From Tubiluchus corallicola (Eukaryota > Animalia > Priapulida): a DNA stretch of 64,000 nucleotides. Made by a program: the position numbers and the translations under genes. The stretch covers positions 1,298,066 to 1,362,065 of the forward strand of contig JAQGDQ010000011.1 in NCBI GenBank assembly GCA_030141605.1, in the 5' to 3' direction. Under the pieces are notes generated by a model. That model was not told where the DNA came from and ran no database searches. It worked only from the letters and a program-made list of their open reading frames with translations. The stretch's first letter is position 1; every line of letters starts with the position of its first letter. Positions 49,601 to 64,000 of the stretch are shown here, piece by piece.

Positions 49601-50223
49601 TGTGCATACGGGTTGACAGTCAAGTTAAGCTTGCTTTCTCCGACATTAGCAAGACCATTGTAGACAGGATCAGAAGAGATCGATCGTAAGATCATAAGGT
49701 TTTCTCTACATCAGTTACAACATTCTTCGTTATTCTGTAATTATTGTATTAAAGGTACTGGCAAATTACTATTTTTCTTGTAAAAAGATGACACCAAGTG
49801 CAGTAAGCAATTGGGAACCAAATAATTCAAAGTTGTAAATGTGAAGTTTACATTTAGTTTAAAGTCTTTGCAAATGCAGACTTTAAAGTGGTTCAAAAGT
49901 TCCCACTAATAACAAAAAACGAGAGCGCTTGAATATTCTGACTGACAAAAAATTCCAGGCAGGAATTGGTATCATCACTGGGAGCAATGGGTTAAATACA
50001 GTCTTATTATCCACTAATTAAAGCTAATTACAAAAACAGTGCAAACAATATTAGTTAGACTAATTAGCATAATCATAACTAGCCTCACTAGGTCCTATGC
50101 TGCTTAAACAGCTGTTTCCAATTGCTGTAAGCTAGAGGCAATGCTGTCGCTGTGAGCAACGATTCGTGTAAAAGCGAAAACTGTCTGCGCAAAACTTTCT
50201 CATTGCGTTATGTGGGCCTGACG

Positions 50224-62514
<12,291 letters not shown>

Positions 62515-63058
62515 CTAGAGAAATAAAACCTTTACAGTGTTTTACAGTGCTTTTAAAATATTTGAAAAAACTAGTAGCCGCTAGATTGGTTTCCGGGGTC
62601 GTCCAGCCAAAAGGTCAAACAATTTTACTTTATTTGCACAGCAAGCTATGCTGTTTGGTACCACAACGATACATTAAAGCACTGAAGTGAAGAGACGTTC
62701 TTTTTGTGTCAGCAGACTGCTTCCAACTTGCATATTATTATATTAGTGATTGCTCGGGAATGATGCCATATAGGTGCCAACACAGGTAAACTGTAGCCAT
62801 ACACAATCTGTGCTGATCAGGCATAGTAAACCATCAAACTACTACAGCTTAGAAATCACTAAAATTAACTGAGCTAAACATTGTTGGAAAGAATCATAAT
62901 ATAGGGTTCCAAGTGTACAAAAACATTATATGAATAATTTTTAAGCCTTACTAACGCAAGGGGCAAAAAGTGATAACAACGTTTCAAAATTTCTTACAAG
63001 TAGGCTATATTGAGCCATGAGTACATACATGTTGTTTGTGATATAAAGAAGACTAAGG

Positions 63059-63813
63059 CGCAGGGCGTGAAGTACGCCACTAGCTGAAGTAGGACACGTC
63101 CGCTAAAGTGTATTGTGGAAAAATAGTGTCGTACATGGGCAGCAAAGTAGGGCACTAGCGATTTCTGTCGAGAATCAAGAATATGATATAATAAAACATA
63201 AAACTAAATTTGTTTTAGAAAAAAGTAACTTTATAATAATGATGGATAGTCCTAGTGACAATTTACAAATGTATTTTTTACAATAATATCATCATTATTA
63301 TTAGCTGCATTAATATAATTATAACATTAAACTAAGTATCTAATGCTTTAAAGAGAGAAACTATGTAGGGTATATAGCTAGTTAGCCCGTTTACTTAGTA
63401 GAAAACAATTATTTGTCCAAGAAGTAGTGAAACGGATCACCTGTCAGTGAAACGAGACAAAATCAGAAATGATATACTTTAAGCAAATGTTGGAATCGCC
63501 TAACAGCGGGCTTATTTTACTTCAAAAAGATTAATATTGCAGTCAAATTTAATATTGGCCATTCAACTAGCTCAGAAAAAGATTATTTTTACTTTATGGG
63601 ATGTATAATAAGTTATTCAATGTGTATTGACGTTTTCAATTATTATTATTACATAAACAAGGACAACGGACGCTGCCAGTACGGTTAACGACTCAATTCG
63701 TCACCTGTCTCTAGTGTCCTACTTGGGCAGCCCATGTACGACGTGTCTTACTTGGGCTAGCCCATGTACGCCAATTGTCATACTTCGGCTAGTGTCCTAC
63801 TCCACTCCCAACA
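63059..63813. mobile_element. MITE, inverted relative of 10703-11581
   Basis: Long reverse-complement similarity (ctagtgtcctacttgggcagcccatgtacgac; cattaaactaagtatctaatgctttaaa); taagg flanks both ends. Confidence 0.8.
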
Positions 63814-64000
63814 TAAGGTACACTCTAAAACATACATTTCCAAATAAAGCACATTTAATAATTTATAAGATATGGATGTAGCCCAAATGGTTTTTGAAGG
63901 CAGTGGGCAATTGTGCTTGAACGTTGACAGGTACAGAGTTCCAAAATATAATGTATGGCAGAAAAGATAAACTATAGGCAGTAATTCTGCAACTGTAAGG

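Overview
AT-rich, intron-containing animal (probably invertebrate) genomic DNA; nothing prokaryotic and no CRISPR. By reading GT-AG sites and codon phases I reconstructed four spliced genes: a mucolipin/TRPML channel (minus, 4 coding exons, 869-7519, about 631 aa), a DCAF8/WDR42A-like WD40 protein (minus, 12 coding exons, 16228-31200, about 689 aa, start uncertain), hormone-sensitive lipase LIPE (plus, 10 coding exons, 32482-43229, about 796 aa, head-to-head with DCAF8) and COP9 signalosome subunit 2 (minus, 11 exons, 50224-62514, first coding exon outside the window). Introns and spacers are dense in non-autonomous transposons: hAT with 8-bp TSDs, Tc1/mariner-type with TA, Kolobok-like with TTAA, Harbinger-like, a possible Ginger-like element nested in a tandemly built host, a Helitron-like carrier of (GA)n, and tRNA- and 5S-like SINE fragments. 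Most noteworthy are a minimal Penelope-type hammerhead ribozyme motif in a DCAF8 intron, a TRPML gene with almost its whole CDS in one 1.6-kb exon, and a compact, possibly overlapping DCAF8/LIPE promoter region. I found no clear-cut new biological system. All family assignments come from pattern recognition, not database searches.
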